Origin: a virus
Length of the DNA stretch: 64,000 bases
Virus record (IMG/VR): IMGVR_UViG_3300031088_000737
Coordinates: 96,001 to 160,000 of that record
Direction: 5' to 3' (one strand)
Below, one piece after another: positions 20,383 to 30,083 of the stretch; within the stretch, counting starts at the first letter, position 1; the number at the start of each line of letters is the position of its first letter. The notes beneath the pieces are model-generated. The model did no database searches. It was given only the letters and a program-made list of their open reading frames with translations, and had not been told where the DNA came from. The position numbers and the translations under genes were made by a program.

Positions 20383-20445
20383 TTAGCTCATTGGCAACTT
20401 AGGGATAATAATAATGCTGTTTACGAATGTGTTTAAGGTTTTCAT
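20383..20445 (-). CDS. ileS leader peptide MKTLNTFVNSIIIIPKLPMS
   Basis: ATG at 20445 with an upstream GAGA; four consecutive Ile codons ATT ATT ATT ATC; stop codon immediately before the hairpin region. Confidence 0.8.
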   Translation of the reverse strand: MKTLNTFVNSIIIIPKLPMS

Positions 20446-20512
20446 GTTTTATTTAATCTCTTTTAATTAATTTCAATCATATAACAATTGACCGATTAAG
20501 TCAATCTCTATT

Positions 20513-21478
20513 TTAAATAGCTTTAAACAAATCAAGGTTATTTTTCAAATCGACCCTGAATTGATCTTTAACAATGTTGAACAATTGACGAATCCTTTCT
20601 TTGGAAAGACCACACATACCTGCAATGGCTGTTTGATTTTTTGAATCCAAAATATGAATCATCATGTGGTAATGCTCATTGTTTGTTTTATCAAAAAGTG
20701 TATTCAATGAGGTTTGGAAAACTTTTCTTACCACTTGTTCTACATCTTTCATGATAAAGTTTTGTTGCAGTTCATCTTTTACAATTTCTTTAATGATCTT
20801 TTGAGAAGCTGTCATCTTTAAATCAAATTTATCGAAAAGTGCCAACACTTCAACTTTCTTGCTGCTCAATTCGTTGTTATCGCGTTTAATCAGCTCTCTT
20901 TTCAAGAATGAGAGGATATCAAACGTATCTTCTGCGAGTTCTGTTTCATTTTCATCTTGTTCTTTATTGAATTTATACAACTCAATGTCATCACATGTTT
21001 GAACAAATTCTTTTAACAGTTCGTAGGTCAACATGTCTTCGACAATCAAATATTCATAATTAGCCGCAACTAACAATTCACGTCTATTTTTTTCAATGTT
21101 ATCATCGTGCCAACGTCTTTTGAGATCCCTTGACCATTCTTGAAATTTTTTGTCAGTGGCATAACGCAATGGAATACGACTCAAAAAATGTTCTTGCAAC
21201 ATAGGAAAGTAAGCATTCCAATGATCTTTGGTCGAAAGAATACCAGCATTTTCCACAAACGTTTTAATTCTATTTCGCTTAGCTTCATTTTTCTGGTTGG
21301 TTGATGAGTGTGAACGAATCCAGTTCAACAAGGTAACACCGTAGATAAGGTAGTCTTTGGAAGGTAGTTTTCCTTCCTTGGTGATGAAATCGACAGCCGC
21401 ATCATACATTTTCTCCCAACGTTGATCGGGACTTAATGTATTATACTGTTCAGTGCTGAAGGTGGGGTTTAAGTCCAT
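20513..21478 (-). CDS. Helicase-associated (HA)-like repeats plus C-terminal sigma70 region-4-like HTH
   Basis: W..MY....DF..KEGKLP...L.NWI and W..YF..L..H motifs; C-terminal QTAIAGMCGLSKERIRQL. Confidence 0.5.
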   Translation of the reverse strand: MDLNPTFSTEQYNTLSPDQRWEKMYDAAVDFITKEGKLPSKDYLIYGVTLLNWIRSHSSTNQKNEAKRNRIKTFVENAGILSTKDHWNAYFPMLQEHFLSRIPLRYATDKKFQEWSRDLKRRWHDDNIEKNRRELLVAANYEYLIVEDMLTYELLKEFVQTCDDIELYKFNKEQDENETELAEDTFDILSFLKRELIKRDNNELSSKKVEVLALFDKFDLKMTASQKIIKEIVKDELQQNFIMKDVEQVVRKVFQTSLNTLFDKTNNEHYHMMIHILDSKNQTAIAGMCGLSKERIRQLFNIVKDQFRVDLKNNLDLFKAI

Positions 21479-21678
21479 TCAATTATCCTCTATGGTGTAC
21501 AAGTCAGTCCGATTATACCACAAAGTTGAATAAATGGCAATCTATTATTTAATTACTATAATATTTATTCAAGACTTATCACCTTTTTGTAAATACAAAT
21601 GTTATTATATTTCAAAATGTTTGAAAGAGCGTTAAAGCAATGGTAAATTGTAGAGATAAGACAATAGGAGATTGTTGA

Positions 21679-23547
21679 ATGGAAGGTCATACCGCGTCAC
21701 TTTTAAAAAATAAGAAATTTTTACCCTTATTTTTAACTCAATTTTTTGGGGCTTTTAATGATAACGTTTTTAAAAATGCGTTAATCATGATGATAGTATT
21801 CAAATTGGCAACAGATACCAATTTATACGTTAACTTAGCTGCAGCTTTATTTATTTTACCCTTTTTCTTGTTTTCAGCGGTGGCAGGTCAAATTGCTGAT
21901 AAGTATGAAAAGTCTTTTGTGATTAAAGTTAACAAATTTATAGAAATTCTTATTATGTTGATGGCAACCATGTTCTTTTACATGAATAGTATCAATGGAT
22001 TGATAGCTGTTTTATTCTTGATGGGAACACAATCAGCATTTTTTGGGCCTTTGAAATACAGTATTTTACCACAACACTTACATGAAAAAGAAATCATGGC
22101 AGCCAATGGATTTATTGAAATGGGTACATTCTTGGCTATCTTGCTGGGTACCATGTTAGGCGTTGGTTTAATTGCTCAACAAAATGGTGAAGGCTTGGTG
22201 TCAGTTGTTATTTTAGCGATTTCTGTTATAGGCTTTGTAACGAGCTTGTTTATTCCAAAAGCTCAATCATTAAATACAGCCACTAAAATCAATTACAATA
22301 TATTTACAGCAACTTCTGGTGTATTTAAAATTATGAAACAACAACAGAAATCAGTAGTGATGTCTATTTTTGCTGTTTCATGGTTTTGGTTCTTGGGAGC
22401 TGTTTATCTGACACAATTACCACAGTTTGTAAAAAGTGAACTTGGGTATTCTGAGTCTGTTGTCACCTTGTTTCTTGTGGTGTTCTCTGTTGGTATAGGT
22501 TTAGGCTCCATGTTGTGTGAACGTATCTCAAAAGATTACATTGAAGTCGGTTTAGTAGCTTTTGGTTCATTTGGTATTACTTTGTTTGGTATCCTAATGT
22601 TTTTTGAAGTTCAAAGCTTTGATTCATTATCGTTGGTGGTCAACAATACATTATTAACATTAGAACAATTTAAGCAAGACCCAAGAAGTGTTTATCTTTG
22701 CACTTATCTATTCTGTATTGGATTATTTGGGGGGTTCTATACAGTTCCTTTGTATGCAATGATTCAAACCAGAACCATTAAAGAACATATGTCACGTATT
22801 ATTGCTGCCAACAACATCTTGAACTCAATCTTTATGGTAGCATCTGCAATTGTGGCTATCATCTTATTAAAGTTCTTAAAGATTAGTCAGTTGTTTTTAG
22901 CCCTATCGTTGTTTAACTGGGTAGTTGCTTATTACATTTATAAGAAGATACCAGAATTCTATCTACGTTTTATGACATGGTTTGTGTTAACGTTCATGTA
23001 TAGAATAAAAACACACAATCTTTCTCATGTGCCAAGTGAAGGAGCGGCAGTAATTGCAGTGAACCATGTAAGTTTTGTAGACGCTTTAATTATCACCAGT
23101 GAAATTAAAAGACCAATGAGATTTATCATGTATTACAAAATATTTAACATTCCAGTGTTGAATTGGTTGTTTAGACAAATGGGTGGTATCCCTATTGCGG
23201 GTATTAAAGAAGATCCTAAGATTTTGGAAGAATGTTATGTAAAGATAAAAGAAGCCTTGGAAAACGGTGAATTAGTATGCATATTTCCAGAAGGAGCCAT
23301 TACTTATGATGGTGAACTCAAAATTTTTAAGAGTGGTATTGAGAAGATTATCGAAGCAACGCCAGTTCCAGTTATTCCAGTCGCTATCAAAGGGGTATAT
23401 GGTAGCATGTTTAGCAGAAAACATAAAGTGAGATTGCCTCGTAAATTCTTTAGACGAATTACAATTGAAATAGGTAAACCGATACCAGCAGCAGATGCGA
23501 AAAAGCAAGTATTGTATGAAAAAGTTAAAGAGTTGATTGAAAAGTAA
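21679..23547 (+). CDS. MFS transporter fused to PlsC-type acyltransferase (LplT/Aas-like)
   Basis: About 12 TM segments with FLTQFFGAFNDNVFK and GQIADKYEK; acyltransferase motifs NHVSFVD (HxxxxD) and FPEG. Confidence 0.9.
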   Translation: MEGHTASLLKNKKFLPLFLTQFFGAFNDNVFKNALIMMIVFKLATDTNLYVNLAAALFILPFFLFSAVAGQIADKYEKSFVIKVNKFIEILIMLMATMFFYMNSINGLIAVLFLMGTQSAFFGPLKYSILPQHLHEKEIMAANGFIEMGTFLAILLGTMLGVGLIAQQNGEGLVSVVILAISVIGFVTSLFIPKAQSLNTATKINYNIFTATSGVFKIMKQQQKSVVMSIFAVSWFWFLGAVYLTQLPQFVKSELGYSESVVTLFLVVFSVGIGLGSMLCERISKDYIEVGLVAFGSFGITLFGILMFFEVQSFDSLSLVVNNTLLTLEQFKQDPRSVYLCTYLFCIGLFGGFYTVPLYAMIQTRTIKEHMSRIIAANNILNSIFMVASAIVAIILLKFLKISQLFLALSLFNWVVAYYIYKKIPEFYLRFMTWFVLTFMYRIKTHNLSHVPSEGAAVIAVNHVSFVDALIITSEIKRPMRFIMYYKIFNIPVLNWLFRQMGGIPIAGIKEDPKILEECYVKIKEALENGELVCIFPEGAITYDGELKIFKSGIEKIIEATPVPVIPVAIKGVYGSMFSRKHKVRLPRKFFRRITIEIGKPIPAADAKKQVLYEKVKELIEK

Positions 23548-23592
23548 GATAAAAAAAAGAACCTTCGGGTTCTTTTTTTGTTGACTTAATTC

Positions 23593-24027
23593 TTAATAAT
23601 AGACACCATTAAAACCTAAGACGCATTTTACTGCGGGATTTTTATCAAGATAGTTCTGATTGTGTTCTTCGGCTGGATGAAATCTTTCCATTCTTAGAAT
23701 CTTTGTTTTCGATTCACCAACACGCCCAGCGAGTTTTATCTTTTGGTTAAATCTATTCAATGCCATCACCATACTGGATTGATGATCAATGTTGGTGTAG
23801 AAAATATAACTTTGATATTTTTCAGGAATTTCTTTTAAGATGAATGAGTGATTTTCAAAAAATGTTCCCAAGTAATGATCGAGATCTTTTAATGATGAGT
23901 AAGTAATTTCAAGTAGTTCTATTCCATCTGGATTGTAACCAACTCGTGTCTCTAATGTGGGATAATTGTTTTTAAATATGTATTGCGAACTCCAAAAGCA
24001 TCCCATTCCTAAATATAATTTATCCAT
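23593..24027 (-). CDS. msrA: Minimal peptide-methionine sulfoxide reductase A-like protein
   Basis: GMGCFWS, TRVGY and FHPAEEHNQNYLDKNP..C motifs; shortened relative to cellular MsrA. Confidence 0.75.
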   Translation of the reverse strand: MDKLYLGMGCFWSSQYIFKNNYPTLETRVGYNPDGIELLEITYSSLKDLDHYLGTFFENHSFILKEIPEKYQSYIFYTNIDHQSSMVMALNRFNQKIKLAGRVGESKTKILRMERFHPAEEHNQNYLDKNPAVKCVLGFNGVYY

Positions 24028-24131
24028 TGTGAGCCTCCTTATGGTTTTAATACTATTATACTCGATATAAAAACCTTTACAAACAAACGCATATAGTGTA
24101 TTGTAAGCAATTAATACAAAAGGAGGATATC

Positions 24132-24572
24132 ATGTCATTAAAAGATGAAATAACACAAGCACGAGTTAAAGCGTTGAGAGAAAAAGACAACCTCACAAAA
24201 ACAGCGGTTGGCTATATCCTTGCAGCGATTAAACAAAAAGAAGTAGACACTAAGAAAGAAGTCACTGATGCTGATGTCATTAGTATTTTGAAAACACTCA
24301 TACGTCAACGTAAAGACGCTATTGAAGAATACAAAGACATTAAGGAATTGGTTGAAAAAGACTCAGCAGAAATTGAACTGTTGTCTAAATACATGCCAAC
24401 ACAATTAAGTGATGAAGATGTATTAGCTATCATTCGGGCTGGTATTGTACAAGCTAAATCTGAAAATCCTGTTATTGCTTTTGGTGATGTAATGAAATTA
24501 ATCAAAAGTCAATTGAATGGTAAAACAGACATGAGTAAAGTTAAAGGGATGGTTGAAAAAGAACTTGGTTAA
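24132..24572 (+). CDS. yqeY: GatB/YqeY-domain protein
   Basis: IKQKEVD...QRKDAIEEY...EIELLSKYMPTQLSDEDV...FGDVMK..K..L.GK.DM. Confidence 0.9.
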   Translation: MSLKDEITQARVKALREKDNLTKTAVGYILAAIKQKEVDTKKEVTDADVISILKTLIRQRKDAIEEYKDIKELVEKDSAEIELLSKYMPTQLSDEDVLAIIRAGIVQAKSENPVIAFGDVMKLIKSQLNGKTDMSKVKGMVEKELG

Positions 24573-24594
24573 CAAGTTCTTTTTTTTTACTAGA

Positions 24595-25437
24595 TTATTT
24601 TTTAAATGTTATATCCACAAAGTCATCCGATTTGCAGGCTTTTGCTAGGTCTATGTTTTTAATTTCTTTGTAGTTGTTTAATGTCTTGTCTCCTACAGTC
24701 ACAGAACTCCATCCAACATTTTTTTCTTTTTTAATAAAATCAATACAATTAAAATCAGCTTCAACGTGTGTGTATTTAACTTCAAATGCATTACTGGATG
24801 TTCCTGATATTAACACTTCTCCGTCCCAATTGTTCATTATCGTTTTATCAGCTATCGTCATTGTGTTTGGAATTAGTCCTTCTTTAATGGCCGTGGCATT
24901 GTCTAATTTAAAGTTTCCTTTTTGTTTATAGATGTCATTTATATTTTTGTATAAAGCTGAGACATGTTCAGATTCGTGTTGGACATTGAGTTTATCTTTA
25001 ACAGTTCCATATACTGTTATGGTTATTGCAATCAATCCAACAATTAAAAAAATCAACATCATCATCGGCACCATACTAGCTTGTGGGCTAACGAGATATT
25101 TACCAGCTTCTTCTGGTGTGTCACACCATTTAATTTGTTCAATGGCGGCTTGATTAGGAGTTAATCCTTTAACAAAGGCTTCCTCTAGCGTATTAATATC
25201 TTCTGGTGATAAGTCAGGTGAAATTGTTTTGTTTGATGACATGTCTTGGTATGTTTCAAGAACCTTAGCTAACATTTCAGAGTCTTCTTTATACATCATC
25301 TTTAATATTAAGGTAGGTTTTAATAAGAATGCATTCAATGTTTTAGCATCAGGAATCAAAAGATGTTCTTCAAATTCTATTAACAATGTTAATTTGTGTT
25401 TGGCGTCGTTTAGCCAGATATCTTTTTCAGTGGTCAT
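24595..25437 (-). CDS. Single-pass membrane protein with C-terminal type IVb pilin (PilS-like) domain
   Basis: TM helix followed by AI..GLIP..M, NNWDGEV.I, F.V.Y..V...C, W..V.VG and A.AC motifs. Confidence 0.55.
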   Translation of the reverse strand: MTTEKDIWLNDAKHKLTLLIEFEEHLLIPDAKTLNAFLLKPTLILKMMYKEDSEMLAKVLETYQDMSSNKTISPDLSPEDINTLEEAFVKGLTPNQAAIEQIKWCDTPEEAGKYLVSPQASMVPMMMLIFLIVGLIAITITVYGTVKDKLNVQHESEHVSALYKNINDIYKQKGNFKLDNATAIKEGLIPNTMTIADKTIMNNWDGEVLISGTSSNAFEVKYTHVEADFNCIDFIKKEKNVGWSSVTVGDKTLNNYKEIKNIDLAKACKSDDFVDITFKK

Positions 25438-25544
25438 AGATTAGTTACCTTTTTTTAGTATTTAATCATTCGCCAAAAAACTGTCAACTTTATTAAAAAA
25501 AAAGAGCCATCGCTGGCTCTCTTTTATGTTACTTGACTACCTGA

Positions 25545-27821
25545 TTACTCAGTTGTTGCTGCTTTGGTTCTTGAACGGCGTGTGGTGGTTTTCTTAGCCA
25601 CTTCACAGCCGATGACAAATTCAACTTTGCCATCTTTCATCACTGCTTGAATAACTGAATTTTCAGGCAATTGAGTGAATGTTACAAGCTTGGCAAGTGG
25701 CAGAGCAATAAGCTCTTTCACAATACGAGCCACTGGACGGGCACCCATTGCTGGTTCATAACCCTTCACTGACAATTCATCCAATACTGCAGTTTCAATT
25801 TCAAGTGTAAAGCCTTTCTTTGCCGCTTCCGCATAGATTGGAGCAAGGTTTTTGTTAACGATGTTCAAGATCATGTCTTTATCAATCGCTTTAAACTCGA
25901 CCATACCATCAAGACGGTTACGGAACTCAGGAGCAAAGATTTTATTCACTTGTTCCCAGTTTACCAAGCTGCTAACCGCTTCTTTGTTTTGTACAAAACC
26001 GATACCGTTTTTCTCTTGTGAAGACAACTTGATACCTGCGTTTGAAGTCATGATAATCAGCGTATTACGGAAGTCAATCTTACGACCTTCTGAGTCCGTC
26101 ATGAAGCCATAATCAAGCACTTGCAAGAAAGCGTTGAACACATCAGGGTTAGCCTTTTCAAATTCATCCAAAAGGATAACAGAGTAAGGGTTTTTGTTAA
26201 CTTGCTCAGTAAGCAAACCACCTTTACCATGACCGATATAACCAGCCGGGGCACCAATCAACTTAGAAACAGTGTGAGCTTCCATGTATTCTGACATGTC
26301 AAAACGTAGCAAGCTCATGTTCATTTCTTTCGCCAGTTGTTTAGCCAACTCAGTTTTACCAACACCAGTAGGGCCGATGAACAAGTAAGAACCGATAGGT
26401 TTATCAACAGAGCCAAAACCACTTTTGTTCAATACGATAGCATCAACAATCTTTTCAACAGCACCATCTTGACCGAAAATTTGTTTCTTAATGTTGGTAT
26501 CAAGATTTTTCAATTGTTCGCTCAATACACCTTCAACTTCTTTCACCGGCTGTTTAGCCATTTTAGAGATAACTTCTTCTACAAGAGCAACAGTTACCAC
26601 TTTTTCAGTCATACGAAGTTTTGCATATGCACCTGTTTCATCAAGCACGTCAATCGCTTTGTCAGGGAATTTCTTGTTGTGCAAGAAACGAGCTGATAGG
26701 TTCACAATACTCGCAATGGCTGCATCATCATACGTCACACCATGACCTTTTTCGTATTGACCTTTAACTTGCTTCAACACATGCAAGGTAGCTTCTGGTG
26801 AAAGTTCATCCAAATCAACCTTGTTGAAACGGCGAGAAAGAGCTGAGTTTTTCTCAAAAACCTGACGATATTCCTCAGTGGTTGTAGCACCGATGCAGCG
26901 AATTTTACCAGAAGACAAGTAAGGCTTCAATGTGTTACCAATGTCCATACCACCTTCTGACTTACCAGAGCTGATAATGCTATGGATTTCGTCAATGAAA
27001 AGAATAGTGTTGTTGTTAGAAACAGCATCAATAATCTTTTTAACACGATCTTCCAAATCACCACGGAATTTTGTACCCGCAACCATACCGTTCACATCAA
27101 GAGAAAGCACTTTAAAACCTTTCAACGAGTCGTGAATGTTACCAGCCGCAATTTTTTGAGCCAAACCTTCAACCACAGCAGTTTTACCAACACCTGCATC
27201 ACCAACGATGATTGGGTTGTTTTTCTTACGGCGTGAAAGAATTTCTTCAATACGATCAACTTCTTCGACACGACCGATCATTGGTTCAAGTTTACCTTGT
27301 GCCGCTTGTTCAGTAAGGTCAGTCACAAAAGAACGAATCAATTGACTAACGTTGGTGTTGGTACCATGACGATCTTCTTCCATAACCGCTTTGCTACGTT
27401 GGTTATCGTATTCTACCAGTTGTTCAATGTTAACGTTGCTCTTAGTCAAAGCTTCTTGGGCTGGCAAGTGTGATGTTTCAAGAATAGTAATCAACAAGTC
27501 GATTTCATCAAGTTCATTACGACCACTACTCAAAATTTTCATAATGGTACGTTGCATTGCTTTTTCCATTGTCGCAGAATGCTTAAGTTCTTTACTTAGT
27601 GTGCGAGGTTTGTTAGTATCAACAGTTGCCTTCAAGTTGCTTTTGAGTTCATGTACGTTGATTTTGTTGTTATTAAGGATATTTCGGAATTCTGTACTTA
27701 AGTCAACCATTTTAAGTATGAGATATTCAGGAGACAGGAGGCCGTTATTCTCTTCGAATACTTGACCACGGATTGCTTCAAAAATTTTAATTAGGCTTTC
27801 GGACATATTAGCATTGCTCAT
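25545..27821 (-). CDS. clpA: ClpA-type AAA+ unfoldase
   Basis: Clp-N domain, two Walker A motifs ([16 protein letters not shown]), RFDMSEYME, an IGF ClpP-docking loop and MGARP. There is no ClpB middle coiled coil. Confidence 0.93.
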   Translation of the reverse strand: MSNANMSESLIKIFEAIRGQVFEENNGLLSPEYLILKMVDLSTEFRNILNNNKINVHELKSNLKATVDTNKPRTLSKELKHSATMEKAMQRTIMKILSSGRNELDEIDLLITILETSHLPAQEALTKSNVNIEQLVEYDNQRSKAVMEEDRHGTNTNVSQLIRSFVTDLTEQAAQGKLEPMIGRVEEVDRIEEILSRRKKNNPIIVGDAGVGKTAVVEGLAQKIAAGNIHDSLKGFKVLSLDVNGMVAGTKFRGDLEDRVKKIIDAVSNNNTILFIDEIHSIISSGKSEGGMDIGNTLKPYLSSGKIRCIGATTTEEYRQVFEKNSALSRRFNKVDLDELSPEATLHVLKQVKGQYEKGHGVTYDDAAIASIVNLSARFLHNKKFPDKAIDVLDETGAYAKLRMTEKVVTVALVEEVISKMAKQPVKEVEGVLSEQLKNLDTNIKKQIFGQDGAVEKIVDAIVLNKSGFGSVDKPIGSYLFIGPTGVGKTELAKQLAKEMNMSLLRFDMSEYMEAHTVSKLIGAPAGYIGHGKGGLLTEQVNKNPYSVILLDEFEKANPDVFNAFLQVLDYGFMTDSEGRKIDFRNTLIIMTSNAGIKLSSQEKNGIGFVQNKEAVSSLVNWEQVNKIFAPEFRNRLDGMVEFKAIDKDMILNIVNKNLAPIYAEAAKKGFTLEIETAVLDELSVKGYEPAMGARPVARIVKELIALPLAKLVTFTQLPENSVIQAVMKDGKVEFVIGCEVAKKTTTRRSRTKAATTE

Positions 27822-28069
27822 AGAATCTCCTTTTGTTTTCAATTCTTTCCGCTATTATATGATAGAAAAATCACATATGTCAATCTTTTTTTTCAATTCA
27901 TTTTATATCATTCCATGCTATATATAGAAGAAGAAAAATATGAACTAGACAGATCCTCTTCTTTTTCCCTTTTATAAAATATTTTTAAAAATTAAGTATT
28001 AAAGTATTGTCTTAGTTTAACTGTTGTGTTAGAATAGCCTCACTAAATTAGAAATCAGGAGTAATTAGT

Positions 28070-28456
28070 ATGAACACAGAAAATAACAACATCGACATCG
28101 AAGAACTTGAAGACACCATTGCTGAATTTGAAGCTGGCATTAAAGATGAACGTGGTCCAACCCGTAGACAACTGGCTAAAATTGAATCTGATTACTCAGA
28201 TGTGTTAAAAGGTGATGTTGATAACATTGATGATGAAAGTGAAATGAGTGCAGAAGATAAAGCTCTCATGAAACGAATTTCAAAATACATTGAAAACGTA
28301 AGACTGGGTAATCGTATCACATCATCTGAATACGTGCATGTTCGTAAATCACGCGAGGATGATGAAGACGATGGTGAAGTAAAAGAGCTTGACTGCAACT
28401 TTGATCGTAATGCAGGTCGCCATTTGTCAAGAATGGATCGTATGTTCGATGAGTAA
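28070..28456 (+). CDS. Acidic hypothetical protein
   Basis: SD AGGAG; terminator follows. Confidence 0.7.
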   Translation: MNTENNNIDIEELEDTIAEFEAGIKDERGPTRRQLAKIESDYSDVLKGDVDNIDDESEMSAEDKALMKRISKYIENVRLGNRITSSEYVHVRKSREDDEDDGEVKELDCNFDRNAGRHLSRMDRMFDE

Positions 28457-28495
28457 ATATTCCTGAAATTTTAAAGAGGCTTCGGCCTCTTTTTT

Positions 28496-29233
28496 TTATC
28501 TTTCAATTTTGTAAACGTCAAGTTCAGCATTTGTTAACGTTTCAAATTTTTTGTTATGCTTGTCAATGTAATCCGTTAAACCTTTGATATCATACAAATG
28601 ATTATTATAGTTGAGCACATCCATCTGTATTGGTGTTTTATGATATCCTAAATTGATTTGATTGGGTTTATTTATTTTGAAAATTTCTACCAAATTATCA
28701 ATGATTTTTTGAGGATCTTCAATCGAATCTGATATTCTTTTTGTAATCACTCTGTTAGTGGTTATATAATGTTTGTATTCTTCTGGTATGGTTAATGGCT
28801 TGTTGTGGTAGTGCCATTCTTGACAAATTTCGTCAACAGTAAAAAATACAGTGAGTATGATTCTAGCAATAGCAAACATTAATATAGCAAAATTGAGAAC
28901 AAACATTATTCCAGTTACATGATACATAGAGAAAGCCACTGTAAAATATACACCAAATTCAACAACCTTTAAAATGTTAAATCCTAAAATTTCAGTCATC
29001 GCTGCTTTTAATTTTTCAGGATAAACTGAAATCACTCGGTGTCTTAATGAAATATGAAGATCATGCAGTCTAAATAAGACATCAATTCCGTAAAAACCAC
29101 ACAAAACCCATACAAATAAATTAATCTTTTCTCCATCTATACAAGAAATTGCAGCCAAAAATAAAGCTCCACTGATGATGGTATTGTATATATATTTGTT
29201 GTTAAAGTATAACATGCTTGTTTCTTTCGTCAT
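28496..29233 (-). CDS. Four-TM membrane protein, family B-like
   Basis: Same layout as 15271/16025; ends FETLTNAELDVYKIER and so lacks the M-x-x-I end. Confidence 0.65.
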   Translation of the reverse strand: MTKETSMLYFNNKYIYNTIISGALFLAAISCIDGEKINLFVWVLCGFYGIDVLFRLHDLHISLRHRVISVYPEKLKAAMTEILGFNILKVVEFGVYFTVAFSMYHVTGIMFVLNFAILMFAIARIILTVFFTVDEICQEWHYHNKPLTIPEEYKHYITTNRVITKRISDSIEDPQKIIDNLVEIFKINKPNQINLGYHKTPIQMDVLNYNNHLYDIKGLTDYIDKHNKKFETLTNAELDVYKIER

Positions 29234-29327
29234 TAGGAAGACTCCTTTAATAATCATTTATTGTAGCCTTCCTAATTTAAAAGTCAAAAAAAGCCTACGA
29301 ATAGGCTTTTGTTTTATTTTACATGTA

Positions 29328-29621
29328 TTAATCAACTTCTTTTTTGATAACTTCACCTGTTGCAGCGTTGATTTTAACATTGAAGTCTGCTTTGTTAGCG
29401 TCTACTAAATCGACATCATAAACATAAATACCGTTATCAAGATCGAGTTCAGTTGATTCTACAGTTGTACCGGGATATTGTTTGATGGCAATATCATTGA
29501 GTTCTTTAACATCTTTGATGGTTCCACTTTCTCGTAGTTTTATCGCTTCTGAATCGCTGACATCTGCAAATGCTACACCTGAAACCATGATTGCTGCTAA
29601 CGCTAGTATGATCTTTTTCAT
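29328..29621 (-). CDS. Secreted PepSY-domain protein
   Basis: Signal peptide ending AFA; TELDLDNGIYVYDVDL....F.VKINAATGEVIK. Confidence 0.85.
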   Translation of the reverse strand: MKKIILALAAIMVSGVAFADVSDSEAIKLRESGTIKDVKELNDIAIKQYPGTTVESTELDLDNGIYVYDVDLVDANKADFNVKINAATGEVIKKEVD

Positions 29622-29823
29622 AGGATATCCTCCGGTTAATTGTTATATATCATACATGAAAAAACACAAAAATCAAGTTTTTGGATGGAATTTAACAATA
29701 TGGTTAAGGTTTGATATTATGTTTTTAGATAGTTTACAGGATAACATCATTAAAAAATAATTCGCTTTCTTTTTATCTTCTGTATGCTATGATGAAAATA
29801 AAGTCAACTATATTTTAAAACTC

Positions 29824-30033
29824 ATGCATACGATACATATAGAAAAAAGTTTACAGCAGCAACACATTTGCGAAAAATTCCTCAATTCGGTTAGCCACAA
29901 TCATCCAGAACTTCAACTTGCTTACTCTTATGAACAATCCACAGACCTTTCAGTGGTCTTTGAAATCAACTTCTCTTTGGAACATCCAGCTTTGGCAGAA
30001 GAGTTAGTTAAAAAACTATACGGCATAAATTGA
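29824..30033 (+). CDS. Small hypothetical protein
   Basis: ORF filling the gap; weak SD. Confidence 0.45.
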   Translation: MHTIHIEKSLQQQHICEKFLNSVSHNHPELQLAYSYEQSTDLSVVFEINFSLEHPALAEELVKKLYGIN

Positions 30034-30083
30034 CTTTTATTCTTTATAAATTAAACTAATAAAATATATTTCAGGAGAATTTT

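Noticed and set aside
25852-27765. Several plus-strand ORFs inside clpA, and similar ones inside ileS, coaD-coaE and others
   Set aside because: These are antisense shadows of strongly codon-biased genes, with no RBS or recognisable motifs.
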